Source: Candidatus Enterosoma merdigallinarum
Lineage (GTDB): Bacteria > Bacillota_I > Bacilli_A > RFN20 > CAG-288
Direction of reading: 5' to 3'
DNA length: 64,000 nt
NCBI GenBank assembly: GCA_018714385.1
Contig: DVNL01000008.1
Coordinates: 20,730-84,729 of the forward strand
Shown here: positions 29,602-39,502 of the stretch, in pieces
Position numbering within the stretch: the first letter of the stretch is position 1
How the letters are laid out: every line of letters begins with the position of its first letter
Notes under the pieces: model-generated
Seen by the model: the letters and a program-made list of their open reading frames with translations, nothing else
What the model was told of the DNA's origin: nothing
Databases searched by the model: none
Made by a program: the position numbers and the translations under genes

Positions 29602-31346
29602 TGCCTCTTGAGGTAGGCGAGAAGTTCGGGATCGTTCTCCAGGTGTTTGGAGAGCTTTTCAAAGACGAGGGCGAGATAGTCGTTGAGCCAGGAGAGCTCG
29701 CCGTCGTCGAGCATCGTCACGTCGATGCCTTTCCTGTCGTAAGGGCAATAGGTGATCGTCTCGAATTCCAGGAAATCGCCCTGGTCGGTGACACCATGCT
29801 CCTTTACGAGAAGCTCGTTTTCAAGCCGGATGCCATACTTTCCTTCCTTGTACACGCCCGGTTCGATGGTGATGACATGGCCGGGAAGAAGGATGCCCTT
29901 GTCGTCCCGCTGCGGGGAATCGTAGTAGCGGAAGCCGATGGGGCCTTCATGGACCGGCCCCATGTAGCTGACGCCGTGTCCCGTGCCGCATTTGTAGTCG
30001 AGCCCTTCCCGCCACATGACTTCCCTGGCGGCGATGTCGATGCTGTGTCCCGTGCAGCCGCGCATGAAGATCTGTCGCGAGAGAGAAATCTGGCTCTTGA
30101 GGGTCAGCGTATAGTCGTGGATGACTTCCTCTGTCGGCTTCGCCAGGAAGGTCCGGGTTATGTCGGTCGTCCCGCCGTAGTACTGTCCGCCGGAATCCAC
30201 AAGGAGGGTGAGGCTGTCCTTGGTGAAGAGGGAATGGCTTTCCGCGGTCGGGGCATAGTGCATCATCGGGCCGTTGCTGTCTGCCGCGGCGATGGTCTCG
30301 AAGGAAAGGTCGTAACACCCTTCTCCGCGAAGACGGATGCCGTCGAGATAGCTTGCCGCCTCCAGCTCGTCGATGTCCCTTTCGGGCAGGTTGTCCTCCA
30401 AGAATTTCATGAGGCGAAGGACGGCTATGCCGTCGATCTCATGGATGCGCAGGGTGTTCTCGATCTCTCGCGGCCCCTTCACGGCTTTCCGGAGATAGGC
30501 CGGGGAGAGGGAAAGGACCTTGTTTTTGACCGCACCATAGATGCGGGCATTGGTCCTTTTGGGATCGACGAGGACCTTTTCCGTCCTCTCCTTGAGGAAG
30601 GAGAAGATGCTTTCATAGGGGTGGACGGCGATTCTGTCCGTGTCAAAATCTGCGGGAATCTTGTCCGGATCGATGAAAAGATCGACCTTTCCTCCCTCGG
30701 AAAGGAAAAGATAGGAGTAGAACACCGGGGTATAGGGGATGTCCCTTCCTCGGTAGCCCAGGACATAGGCGATGTCGTCGAGCGCCGTCAGGACGAGGCT
30801 TTCCGCCCCGGCCTTGCGCGCATCCTCCAGAAGAAGGGAGACCCGTTCGTCCAGGCTCGTCGAAAGGAGAGCCGGGTCGACCCGGAATATCTTCTCTTTC
30901 GGAAGAGAGGGAAGATCCTTGACGAGGAAGGAATAGTCGATGGAGTAGATCGGCTTGTCCTTTCCGGCGTAGTAGCGCCTCAGGTCGTCGATGGAGCACA
31001 TGGCGGTATCGATTCCAAGCGGATAGAGGTCTTCGTCCTTGACGCGGTCGAAGAGGTTCTTCACGCCGGGATGGCCATCCTTGACCAGGAGGCAGGAGGA
31101 ACCTTCCAGCTCCTTCTCCGCTTCGATCCAATAGCGGCCGTCGGTATAGATTTCATAGCTGTCCAGGGTGACAAAAAGCGTGCCGTCCTGGCCGCGGAAG
31201 GGACAGAAGTATTTCCGCATGGCACCATAACGGTCGCAGTAGGATTCCGACATATGGGGGTCGGTAGCCGGGATGATATAGGCCCTCAGTCCGTCCCTGC
31301 GCATCCTGTCCTGGAGCGTCTTGATTCGTTCATCGAAAATGTTCAT
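29580..31346 (-). CDS. Xaa-Pro aminopeptidase (M24B family)
   Basis: Creatinase/prolidase N-terminal domains, then a pita-bread domain with metal ligands (HGVSYM...E...E). Start at the Met with a GAAGGAGG SD. Confidence 0.8.
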   Translation of the reverse strand: MNIFDERIKTLQDRMRRDGLRAYIIPATDPHMSESYCDRYGAMRKYFCPFRGQDGTLFVTLDSYEIYTDGRYWIEAEKELEGSSCLLVKDGHPGVKNLFDRVKDEDLYPLGIDTAMCSIDDLRRYYAGKDKPIYSIDYSFLVKDLPSLPKEKIFRVDPALLSTSLDERVSLLLEDARKAGAESLVLTALDDIAYVLGYRGRDIPYTPVFYSYLFLSEGGKVDLFIDPDKIPADFDTDRIAVHPYESIFSFLKERTEKVLVDPKRTNARIYGAVKNKVLSLSPAYLRKAVKGPREIENTLRIHEIDGIAVLRLMKFLEDNLPERDIDELEAASYLDGIRLRGEGCYDLSFETIAAADSNGPMMHYAPTAESHSLFTKDSLTLLVDSGGQYYGGTTDITRTFLAKPTEEVIHDYTLTLKSQISLSRQIFMRGCTGHSIDIAAREVMWREGLDYKCGTGHGVSYMGPVHEGPIGFRYYDSPQRDDKGILLPGHVITIEPGVYKEGKYGIRLENELLVKEHGVTDQGDFLEFETITYCPYDRKGIDVTMLDDGELSWLNDYLALVFEKLSKHLENDPELLAYLKRQCAPFTR

Positions 31347-31360
31347 GTCTGGCCTCCTTC

Positions 31361-32797
31361 TCAATAGGCTCTCGCATAGTAAATGACTTGGTCGCATTCC
31401 TTTCCGGAGAGGGGATCGGTATCGGCGAATTTCTTTTCGTCGAAGGGAATGACTCTTGGCGTGGCGGAGAATTCGGCTTTCATCTTCTCTTCATCTTCGC
31501 TCTCGCCTGTCGTCATCATCTTGCAGAAGCCCTTGTGGCTGGAGAGGACGTCTTTGACTTCTTCGTAGGTCGTGCAGGGATAGATATGGGAGTGCAGGTA
31601 GTCGTAGGCCTTCTTGTACATGCCTTGCTGGATCTCGTCGAGAAGGTCGGGGATGACCTCCGCGGCCCTTTCCAAGGGGATCTGCCTCTTTTCGCCGCTG
31701 TAGCGGATGGAGAGGGAGAGGACGCCTTTTTCGAGATCCTTCGGCCCGATTTCGATGCGGAGAGGAATGCCTTTCATCTCGTATTGGCTGAACTTCCAGC
31801 CAGGGGTCTTGTCCGAATCGTCCAGAAGGACGCGGACACCCTTTTCTTCGAGGGCATGGCAGAGCGTATGGCAGGCTTGGCGGACTTCGGCGCTCGTCTC
31901 CATGCGGATGGGGATGATGACGCTCTGGATTGGGGCGACACGAGGAGGAAGGACGAGACCTTCATCGTCGCCGTGGACCATGATCAGGGCGCCGAGAAGC
32001 CTCGTGGAGACGCCCCAGGAGGTGTAGTGGGGATATTTCAGCTGGTTGTCCTTGTCGAGGAAGCGGATGTTGAAGCATTCGGGGAAACCTGTTCCCAGAT
32101 AGTGGGTCGTTCCGCATTGGAGGGCCTGGCCATCCGGCATCAGGGCCTCGATGGTGTAGGTCTCCTCGGCGCCGGCGAATTTCTCGCTGTCGGGCTTTCT
32201 TCCCATGACGAAAGGAATGGCCAGGACATCTTTTCCGAGATCGTTGTAGACCCGAAGGATGGAGAGGGCGAATTGTTTGGCCTCTTCCTTGGAATAGTGG
32301 AGCGTATGGCCTTCCTGCCAGAGGAATTCGGCGCCGCGAAGGAAGGGACGGGTCGTCTTTTCCCAGCGCACGACGGAGCACCACTGGTTGTATTTCACGG
32401 GCAGGTCGTTATAGGAGTGGACGATGTCCTTGAAATGGTCGGAGAAGAGGCATTCGGAGGTGGGACGGACGACCATCGTCTCGGTGAGGTCCTTTCCTCC
32501 GCCCTGGGTGACGAGGGCGCATTCCGGGGCGAAGCCCTTGACGAAATCCTTCTCCTTGTTGAGAAGGCTGGTGGGGATCAGCGTGGGCATATAGACGTTT
32601 CTCGCACCGAGGGCCTTGAAGCGTTTGTCCAGATAGGACTGGACTTCTTCCCAGAGGGAATAGCCGTCGGGACGATAGACGATGAAGCCTTTCGTCTTGG
32701 CATAGGACATGAGTTCTGCCTTCAGGCAGACGTCGGTGTACCATTTGGCGAGGTCGTCGCTTTTGGAACAGATGAACTTCACTTTCTTGTCAGCCAT
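31361..32797 (-). CDS. proS: prolyl-tRNA synthetase, archaeal/eukaryotic-type (class IIa, no editing insertion)
   Basis: 478 aa with class II motifs 1-3, an anticodon-binding domain and a C-terminal zinc-binding extension. Confidence 0.9.
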   Translation of the reverse strand: MADKKVKFICSKSDDLAKWYTDVCLKAELMSYAKTKGFIVYRPDGYSLWEEVQSYLDKRFKALGARNVYMPTLIPTSLLNKEKDFVKGFAPECALVTQGGGKDLTETMVVRPTSECLFSDHFKDIVHSYNDLPVKYNQWCSVVRWEKTTRPFLRGAEFLWQEGHTLHYSKEEAKQFALSILRVYNDLGKDVLAIPFVMGRKPDSEKFAGAEETYTIEALMPDGQALQCGTTHYLGTGFPECFNIRFLDKDNQLKYPHYTSWGVSTRLLGALIMVHGDDEGLVLPPRVAPIQSVIIPIRMETSAEVRQACHTLCHALEEKGVRVLLDDSDKTPGWKFSQYEMKGIPLRIEIGPKDLEKGVLSLSIRYSGEKRQIPLERAAEVIPDLLDEIQQGMYKKAYDYLHSHIYPCTTYEEVKDVLSSHKGFCKMMTTGESEDEEKMKAEFSATPRVIPFDEKKFADTDPLSGKECDQVIYYARAY

Positions 32798-32816
32798 GGT
32801 GTTTTCTCCTTTTCGG

Positions 32817-34553
32817 TCATGCTAGGTTTTTCTTCAGTTCGTCCAGCTCGTCTTCATCGATCTCTTCGGGACGGGAGGAAGGCTGTCCGAGCGAGCTTGC
32901 CTGGAAGAGGCTGCCCCCATAGTGGGCGCATAGCTCGATCTGACTGTTGTTCTGGAGATCGCAATAGAGGATCGGGATGGAAAGAGGCTTGTAGTCCGAT
33001 TCGATCAGCTGGAAGGTCGCCAGCGCCGAGGCGTCGCCCATCCTTCCCGTGAATTCCTTGCCGACGACGACATAGGAGAAGAGGCGGAGAAGACGGTTCG
33101 GAAGGAGGGAGGTGGCATTGGCGATGCGGATGGCAAGAGAGAATCCCCTCTTCTTGAGCTCGCCGAGCTTGTCGATCATCTGCTTGAGGTTTGGAAGGGA
33201 CGGGAGCAGGTCGCTCTCCCTCAGGCAGAGGACCAAGTCGTAATGGCGGGCATCGTTGTGTCCGAGGGCCTTGACCAGACCGTCGAGAGAGGAGTAGATG
33301 ACGGGAAGCAACAGGCTGATGCGGTCTTTTCTTTCCGCTAGGATGGCATCGAGCCTCTTGGCGATCGAGGAGACGATGGCTTCGCTCCCACCCCGGATCG
33401 ATTCGGCGATGCGCAAGATCTCGGAAAAGTCGCGAATGGATGTGCCGTATGAGAGGACTTCCAATAGATAGAGAGAACGTTGGAAGGAGCGGATGTCCAG
33501 GGAAGGGAGGAAGAAGAGACGGAACGTCTCGTTTCGGATGAACATCTGTATCTCTTCCTTGTCCGTCTTTCGCTTCCTTTCTTTCTGGAAGAAATCCTGG
33601 TCATAGAAGAGGATGTCGTTCGGGAAGTCGCCCTTCTTGATGGCTTCGCACATCAGTTGGCACTGTTCCTTCGCCTTTTTGTAGTCCTTCTGGAAGAAGG
33701 TCCCCGTGGAGAGGCCGATGGCGAAGCGGACTTTCGTGTCCGGCCGGGAACGGTTGATCTCCTGGCGAATCTTCGTCTCCAGAGTGTCGGCAAACTGCAT
33801 GCACATCGCCTTGGACATGTTCAGAGTGGACATGAGGAAGAAGTCGTTGTCGCTGAAGGCGAGAAGGCGCCTCTCCTTCCCAAGATAGCCGCCGAGCATG
33901 TCGAGGGTGAGCCGGCTCAGTTCCATCAATTCCCGGTAGCTGTCCGTTCCCTTGTTCTTCTCGTCGACATAGAGAGAGATGAAGTAGCACGAGGCCATGC
34001 TGTTGGGGTCGCTGGCAGCCAGGAAGCTTTCCGCCTCTTCGGGAGAAGTGAACATATATTTCGCCCGGCGTCTCTTGCTGGCATTCTGTCCAAAGGCGGT
34101 GAAGGGCAACAAATGGCTTTCGAAATGGATGAGACACTTTTCACGGTTGATTCCGGTCAGCTCCAGGATGGAAGGTATCGCCTTTCCTTTGATGTGAATC
34201 TTGACGTCCGCCTGGATGAAATCCCGTCTGTTTTTCCCGGATATGATGTCGTCGAGCCAGTTTCTCACTTGATAGGAGTCGCTCGTCTGGAACTGGGAGA
34301 CGAATTCCTTTTCGGAGAGTTCCTTGCGACGCAGAAGATTGTTCCGGTCGAAGAAAAAGAATGTCTTTTTGCCGTAGTCATAGGTGTAGATCCGGATGTT
34401 GCTGTCGTTTATCTTTCTATGTCGATGGAAGAGGACCGTCGCAAAAAGAAGGATCGCGATCGCCAAAAGGAAGGCGAGAATCAGCAGGGCGATCATCCAT
34501 CCGCCATAGAACCATCCGGGGGAGTTTATCAAGGCAAACAAAACGTTGTTCAT
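32817..34553 (-). CDS. membrane-anchored hypothetical protein with possible degenerate EAL-like C-terminal region
   Basis: N-terminal TM, 578 aa. The C-terminal ELCAHYGGSLFQ weakly resembles the end of EAL domains, and no catalytic motifs are intact. Confidence 0.5.
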   Translation of the reverse strand: MNNVLFALINSPGWFYGGWMIALLILAFLLAIAILLFATVLFHRHRKINDSNIRIYTYDYGKKTFFFFDRNNLLRRKELSEKEFVSQFQTSDSYQVRNWLDDIISGKNRRDFIQADVKIHIKGKAIPSILELTGINREKCLIHFESHLLPFTAFGQNASKRRRAKYMFTSPEEAESFLAASDPNSMASCYFISLYVDEKNKGTDSYRELMELSRLTLDMLGGYLGKERRLLAFSDNDFFLMSTLNMSKAMCMQFADTLETKIRQEINRSRPDTKVRFAIGLSTGTFFQKDYKKAKEQCQLMCEAIKKGDFPNDILFYDQDFFQKERKRKTDKEEIQMFIRNETFRLFFLPSLDIRSFQRSLYLLEVLSYGTSIRDFSEILRIAESIRGGSEAIVSSIAKRLDAILAERKDRISLLLPVIYSSLDGLVKALGHNDARHYDLVLCLRESDLLPSLPNLKQMIDKLGELKKRGFSLAIRIANATSLLPNRLLRLFSYVVVGKEFTGRMGDASALATFQLIESDYKPLSIPILYCDLQNNSQIELCAHYGGSLFQASSLGQPSSRPEEIDEDELDELKKNLA

Positions 34554-34670
34554 TTGTTAAATATAGACAAAATATTATATACATAACTTGAGCGCCGGGA
34601 CAAAGAAAGATAGAAAAGGAAAGTTTTTTGTATTATAGTAGTCACGTCGTAGAGAAAAGAGGTAACAAAT

Positions 34671-34913
34671 ATGGACATCTATGCCAAGCTCAAGGAGCTT
34701 CTCTCCAAGCAAGTCCGTCAGAAAAAGTTCGATGTCGAGAAGATCACGCCCGAGACGCGTCTTGAAGATCTCGGTCTCGATTCCTTGGACACGGCCGAGC
34801 TTCTCATCAATATCGAGCAGGAGTTCAACCTTCCCGAAGTCACCCAGGACGAGATGCTCGATGTCAAGACAGTCGAGGATGTCAAGAACCTCATCGAGAA
34901 GAAGAGAGCTTAA
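34671..34913 (+). CDS. acyl carrier protein
   Basis: 80 aa with the DLGLDSLDTAEL phosphopantetheine attachment motif. Confidence 0.8.
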   Translation: MDIYAKLKELLSKQVRQKKFDVEKITPETRLEDLGLDSLDTAELLINIEQEFNLPEVTQDEMLDVKTVEDVKNLIEKKRA

Positions 34914-34966
34914 ATCCTCTAAAACTGTTGCATTGCATCCCTTGATTTGATATATTGTTCACCGCT

Positions 34967-35042
34967 GCCTACTTAGCTCAGTTGGTAGAGCAACCGGCTG
35001 TTAACCGGTAGGTCGTAGGTCCGAGTCCTACAGTAGGCGCCA
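34967..35042 (+). tRNA. tRNA-Asn (GTT)
   Basis: GCCTACT/AGTAGGC acceptor stem, GTTCGAATC-like T-loop, anticodon loop CUGUUAA, and an encoded CCA. Confidence 0.85.
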
Positions 35043-35054
35043 TCTCCGTTTTCA

Positions 35055-35130
35055 GGCCTGGTGGAGAAGCGGTTAACTCACATCCCTTTCAAGGATGCAT
35101 TCACGGGTTCAAACCCCGTCCAGGTCACCA
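35055..35130 (+). tRNA. tRNA-Glu (TTC) (anticodon assignment tentative)
   Basis: GGCCUGG/CCAGGUC acceptor, T-arm ACGGGUUCAAACCCCGU, anticodon loop CUUUCAA, and an encoded CCA. Confidence 0.7.
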
Positions 35131-35368
35131 CATTTGACAAAAACCTATAATGTTTAAACATTATAGGTTATTTTTTTACCAAATCTTACCGATTTGTGCT
35201 CGTTATGTCGTATTTTAAAGTCTTGGGGGCCCATCTCAAGCACCAAAATCAGTCAAAAATACCGCTAAAATTTCGAACCACCGCAATAGCACTTCGGGTT
35301 CGAACATTCGCAAACACAATAAAAGCCTCCCATGGCATAGGGTCAAACTATATCGAGAGAGGCTCTTT

Positions 35369-36500
35369 TTATTTGCTGATGTAAATTCCGAAGTTGCACG
35401 TGAACCAAGTGCATCTAATCTTATATCTATAGGTTTCTATGAACTTCATGGTTATGGATTGCGGGTTGTAGGGGAGATTGTCCAAATTATCTGAACCGAC
35501 CACGAATATTAGCCTGTCTCTATTGATGACTATCATTTTCTTGAACAATTTCCTGAAATCGTAGTCGCCAATCTTATCAGTTGCAGGAAATTTATGCAGT
35601 TCCTTGATGATCTCGTGCACCCTCGTTTCGGGATTTGCCTCGATCAGCCATTCGTTTTCCAACACCGCCTTTTCATCAGAAAGCTCGTTTATGTTCTTCC
35701 TTAGATATTCCTTGATGGCGTCGAATGCATCTCCGGAAAGCCCATCGTATTGAAGGAGTTTGTCTCGTTGTTCACCAAGTTCTTTGGTTAAGGCATCTAT
35801 CCTTTCCTTTTTCTCTATGAGGCTCTTGTCACTGAACGCATCCAATAGTTCCTTCTTGAACTCGTTTTCGTTAGCGAGCAGCTTCTTCACCATCGATAGG
35901 ATTATCTCGTCTAGGTGTTTTACGAACACGGACTCGCTTTCCTTGCTCGTGGAGCAGTAGAGGGCCTCGTTTCCGTGGTTTCATTTCCTGAAGTATGGGC
36001 TCCTGCAGTAAGGGCAATATCCGAAGGCTGTATAGGAGTTGGTATGGTTGTAGGTGTTCCTTCACGTAATGTTATATTTCTCGGCGAGGCTCTTCATCAT
36101 TTCCTGCGCCCCATGTAGACCTGCTTGCTTACAATAGGTGTCGATTATCACCTTGTCTAACTTCCCGTCGTTGTTATGCCTTTTCTGAGTCAATGCGTTT
36201 TCGGTATAGGTCTTTTGGAGTATCACCATCCCGCAGTATTTCTCGTTTCTAAGTATCTGCCTGATGCTTTGCCCTGACCAACGAGACAATCCGGTTTGTG
36301 TAAGGATGTGGTTTTCCTCTAGGTAGTCGCTTATCTCACCGGTGTTCTTGCCGGCAAGGTGCATTATGAAGATGTCCTTCACGTATTTGGCCTCGCATTC
36401 CTCGATCACGATGTTCCTATCCTTGTCGAACTTGTACCCGAATAGCTGGTTGGCGTTTATGAAGAATTTGCCGTCTCTTATCCTTTTCTGGCAGGTGAAT
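35369..36500 (-). pseudogene. large serine recombinase remnant (frameshifted; catalytic N-terminal domain missing)
   Basis: Three reading-frame pieces are present: a recombinase domain and a zinc-ribbon/coiled-coil C-terminal domain (ILRNEKYCGMV...; LANENEFKKELLDAFSDK...). They lie immediately 3' of tRNA-Glu. Confidence 0.6.
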
Positions 36501-36682
36501 TTGTGTTTTAAGCCTAAGAAAAGAGGTCAGTTTAAAGAAGAGAATAACTTGTTTTAGAGCAAAAAATGCCTTTCAAGGCAAAGAATTGCACTACGCTAAA
36601 AATTATTATAGAAAAACTGTCACGTTTCCAATTGCACAGTAAAAATAAATATTGGGTATCGTATAATAGTTATAAAGTTAGT

Positions 36683-37231
36683 ATGAAAAGGATAATTTTG
36701 CTTTTTAAATCAATCCTCTGTTTGACCGTTCTCAGTTCTTGTGCCGTGTCTGAAGACGACAATAGCTCGACACGTGGCGGAAAAGAATTCACCGGCCCGT
36801 TAATTTCGGGAATCTATGAATTCGATTCGTATGCTGAACTCGAGTCCTTTTATGAAGTCTATAGAATTAAAAATACCGAAGAGTTTCTGGTTCTTAATCT
36901 TGATAGTCTCGAGCATGATGTCGAGTATTATTTCGTTTCTGGCGGTGTAAACAGCCACGTTATTCATGAGAAAACATATGACTATGATTTTCCGAATCCT
37001 TCCTTCGTGATTTCAATTGACGGTATGTCTCTCTATCTTTTTGATATATCCCAAGTCGATCGGCCGGATGACCCGAATCACTTTGTTCAAGCGGATGAAA
37101 GCGATGATTATCGATATCATTTTTATATAGATGAATTTGAAGTCGGGATGCTGCAATCTGAAAACATGGTGGAAGCGGATTTGATTGACTATTTAGATAA
37201 TGAATTTATTAAGGCTTTCGACAACATTTAG
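36683..37231 (+). CDS. small lipoprotein, unknown function (island)
   Basis: Signal peptide plus lipobox LSSC, about 42% GC, and a TATAAT upstream. Confidence 0.55.
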   Translation: MKRIILLFKSILCLTVLSSCAVSEDDNSSTRGGKEFTGPLISGIYEFDSYAELESFYEVYRIKNTEEFLVLNLDSLEHDVEYYFVSGGVNSHVIHEKTYDYDFPNPSFVISIDGMSLYLFDISQVDRPDDPNHFVQADESDDYRYHFYIDEFEVGMLQSENMVEADLIDYLDNEFIKAFDNI

Positions 37232-37500
37232 TATTTACGAAATTTTTTCACTTAGCGTCTCTAATATACTTGCTGAAATTTTAATTAAGAGGACAATAAA
37301 ATATCTGCTTTGATCTAAATTGTTGCGCGACTCGATTATAGAGATAGGGCTAATCGCTTCAGAGATAGTTATTGTTTTGCCAATTCAATTGAAAACTATG
37401 AACGAGACGTAAAAGGGACTTGCATGCGACTGGCTCGAGCCCGATTTGACACATACTGAAACGATAACTTAATATGATCCTCAAAGTGGGGGCACAACGT

Positions 37501-38034
37501 ATGGGACTCAAAAATAGGCTGATTTCTACGTCAATGCTACTATTGTGTTCATGCTGTTTTGCCTCATGCACTGCGAAACAGAATCTCCAAACCGTCTCTT
37601 TCGATGTGTCCCGCGATATTTCTAGCATTTCCAATGACGACTATAAGCCATCTGTACATGTATTTGAAAACAGAGAGGAACTGGTCGATTTTGCCAGCGT
37701 CTACCCGTATGATCCGGGAGAGGATTTTTATGCTGATATTGAACATTTTGAGACAAAATTCGGATTTGCCAATCATTTAATCGTGTATTTTGGACAAATG
37801 CTGAATGTAGCGACTTCCGTTAAGGCTTATATTGACGAAACAGAAAATGAAAAAATAGTCATTACATTTGAATACGATGTGCCGGAGTCGGATACGTATC
37901 TTCCCGCTGACTCTTATTTCGATGAATTTTACCTGGTGGAAAAAGGTGATCTCGGTGGCCAAAGAAAGACGGTAACAATCAAGATTGGAAACAAAGTCGT
38001 TTATACCGAGAGTTTCGACGAGAATATTTTGTGA
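37501..38034 (+). CDS. small lipoprotein, unknown function (island)
   Basis: Signal peptide with a C-rich lipobox region LLCSCCFASC. AT-rich. Confidence 0.5.
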   Translation: MGLKNRLISTSMLLLCSCCFASCTAKQNLQTVSFDVSRDISSISNDDYKPSVHVFENREELVDFASVYPYDPGEDFYADIEHFETKFGFANHLIVYFGQMLNVATSVKAYIDETENEKIVITFEYDVPESDTYLPADSYFDEFYLVEKGDLGGQRKTVTIKIGNKVVYTESFDENIL

Positions 38035-38164
38035 TTTTAGGATATTGGCAACAATGCTTCAATCTTTCCCGCTTAGCTGCATGGCGTCAAAACTTGGCTA
38101 TACCGCTTATTTTTATGTAGAATAATAAAAATATTGTTAATAAGTATTAGGGGAGGAAGAGGCG

Positions 38165-38710
38165 ATGAGAAACGGAAAATGCGGAGTGAAATTGTCCATG
38201 GCATTTTTGGCTATGCTGTTTGGCTGCCGTGGAGAAATGCCGCTGGACTTTGTTCCCGAACGCGTCTATGGCCTCTATACAGCCCCTCTTCATGTCATGG
38301 ATGGATTGGGGTACTCCCCCTACAAAGACAAGCGAATCTTTAATTCTATCGAGGAAGTCGAGACCTTCTTCCTGGATGAATCTCGTTTCAGCGTCGGCTG
38401 GTCTCGTCCGGAAGTCTTTGATGTCATCGCTTCGGAAGTGGATTTCTCGAGCGTTTCTCTTCTTGCCTTTGTACAGGAGGAGGGGACGGGATCGTATGTC
38501 CACTATGTCCAAAAGGAGGGGAATGTGATCACCGTCCATGCTTTCTGCGGCGAGGTCGTGACGAACGATATCGCCTGCGACTATTTGATGATCGCCGTCG
38601 AGAAAGACGCCGAAGCGGAAGAATTCGATGTGTCTTACTGCTACCAAGTCCTTGACGAAGCGGAAAGGGCTGAGCTTCATAACGCCTATCCGGATACGTT
38701 CCGTTTCTAG
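38165..38710 (+). CDS. small lipoprotein, unknown function (island)
   Basis: Strong SD GGGGAGGAAGAGG and lipobox LFGC. Confidence 0.55.
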   Translation: MRNGKCGVKLSMAFLAMLFGCRGEMPLDFVPERVYGLYTAPLHVMDGLGYSPYKDKRIFNSIEEVETFFLDESRFSVGWSRPEVFDVIASEVDFSSVSLLAFVQEEGTGSYVHYVQKEGNVITVHAFCGEVVTNDIACDYLMIAVEKDAEAEEFDVSYCYQVLDEAERAELHNAYPDTFRF

Positions 38711-38720
38711 AGAACGTTCG

Positions 38721-39215
38721 ATGACAGAAATGAAAGTCATGGATCGGGACTGCCTTCTTAGAGAATTGGATCCGATTGAAGACTTGGAAGAGGCGGCTGA
38801 CCTTTTTGACAAGGCCTTTTCAAGAGAGCCATGGAATGACGACTGGCATGATCGTTCCCTCCTCTTGACTTATCTTCGAGAGCTCCTCGACGAAAACAAT
38901 GCTTTGGCATATGGCCTGTTCAGGGAGGAGAGGCTCATCGGGCTTTGCCTGGGGAGGAAAGTGCATTTCTATCAAGGCATCCAATTCCGCATCGACGAGA
39001 TCTGCATCGATCCTTCCTTGCAAGGGAAGGGATATGGAAGCCTCCTTCTTTCCAAGGTGGAGAAAGCCTGCCGCAAGGAAGGGATCTCCTATCTTCTACT
39101 CGTGACGGAAAGGGACTATCCGGCTTATTCCTTTTATCGGAAGAATGGCTTTGATCCGTTGGAGAAGAGCGTCACGCTGTGCAAGAAGATCAAAGACGAA
39201 GAAGAAAGCGCTTAA
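38721..39215 (+). CDS. GNAT-family N-acetyltransferase
   Basis: Motif A QGKGYGSLLL plus motif B. Confidence 0.75.
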   Translation: MTEMKVMDRDCLLRELDPIEDLEEAADLFDKAFSREPWNDDWHDRSLLLTYLRELLDENNALAYGLFREERLIGLCLGRKVHFYQGIQFRIDEICIDPSLQGKGYGSLLLSKVEKACRKEGISYLLLVTERDYPAYSFYRKNGFDPLEKSVTLCKKIKDEEESA

Positions 39216-39502
39216 AAACATAACGGCTTCATCGATGTACTCTCTGTTTTCATTTGCGAAGAATAGTCGGAAGTGACGTGGAAAAGATCTTGAAAAACCT
39301 GGGATGGATGATCAACGGACAATCAATAAAGAAAGAAAACAATCATAGCAATCGCTTACATTTTTTGAATTCAATTTCAAAAGGGCAAAAACATGATTGA
39401 ACATGATTGAAGATGACTGAATCGGCAAACTAAAAGATTTTTACTCAATGTGCCAATCAAAGCCGTAAAAGGCAGTTGGGATTTGTTATATTTTTATCGA
39501 TT

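Noticed and set aside
29643-31367. 574-aa plus-strand ORF
   Set aside because: It is antisense to the M24 aminopeptidase gene.
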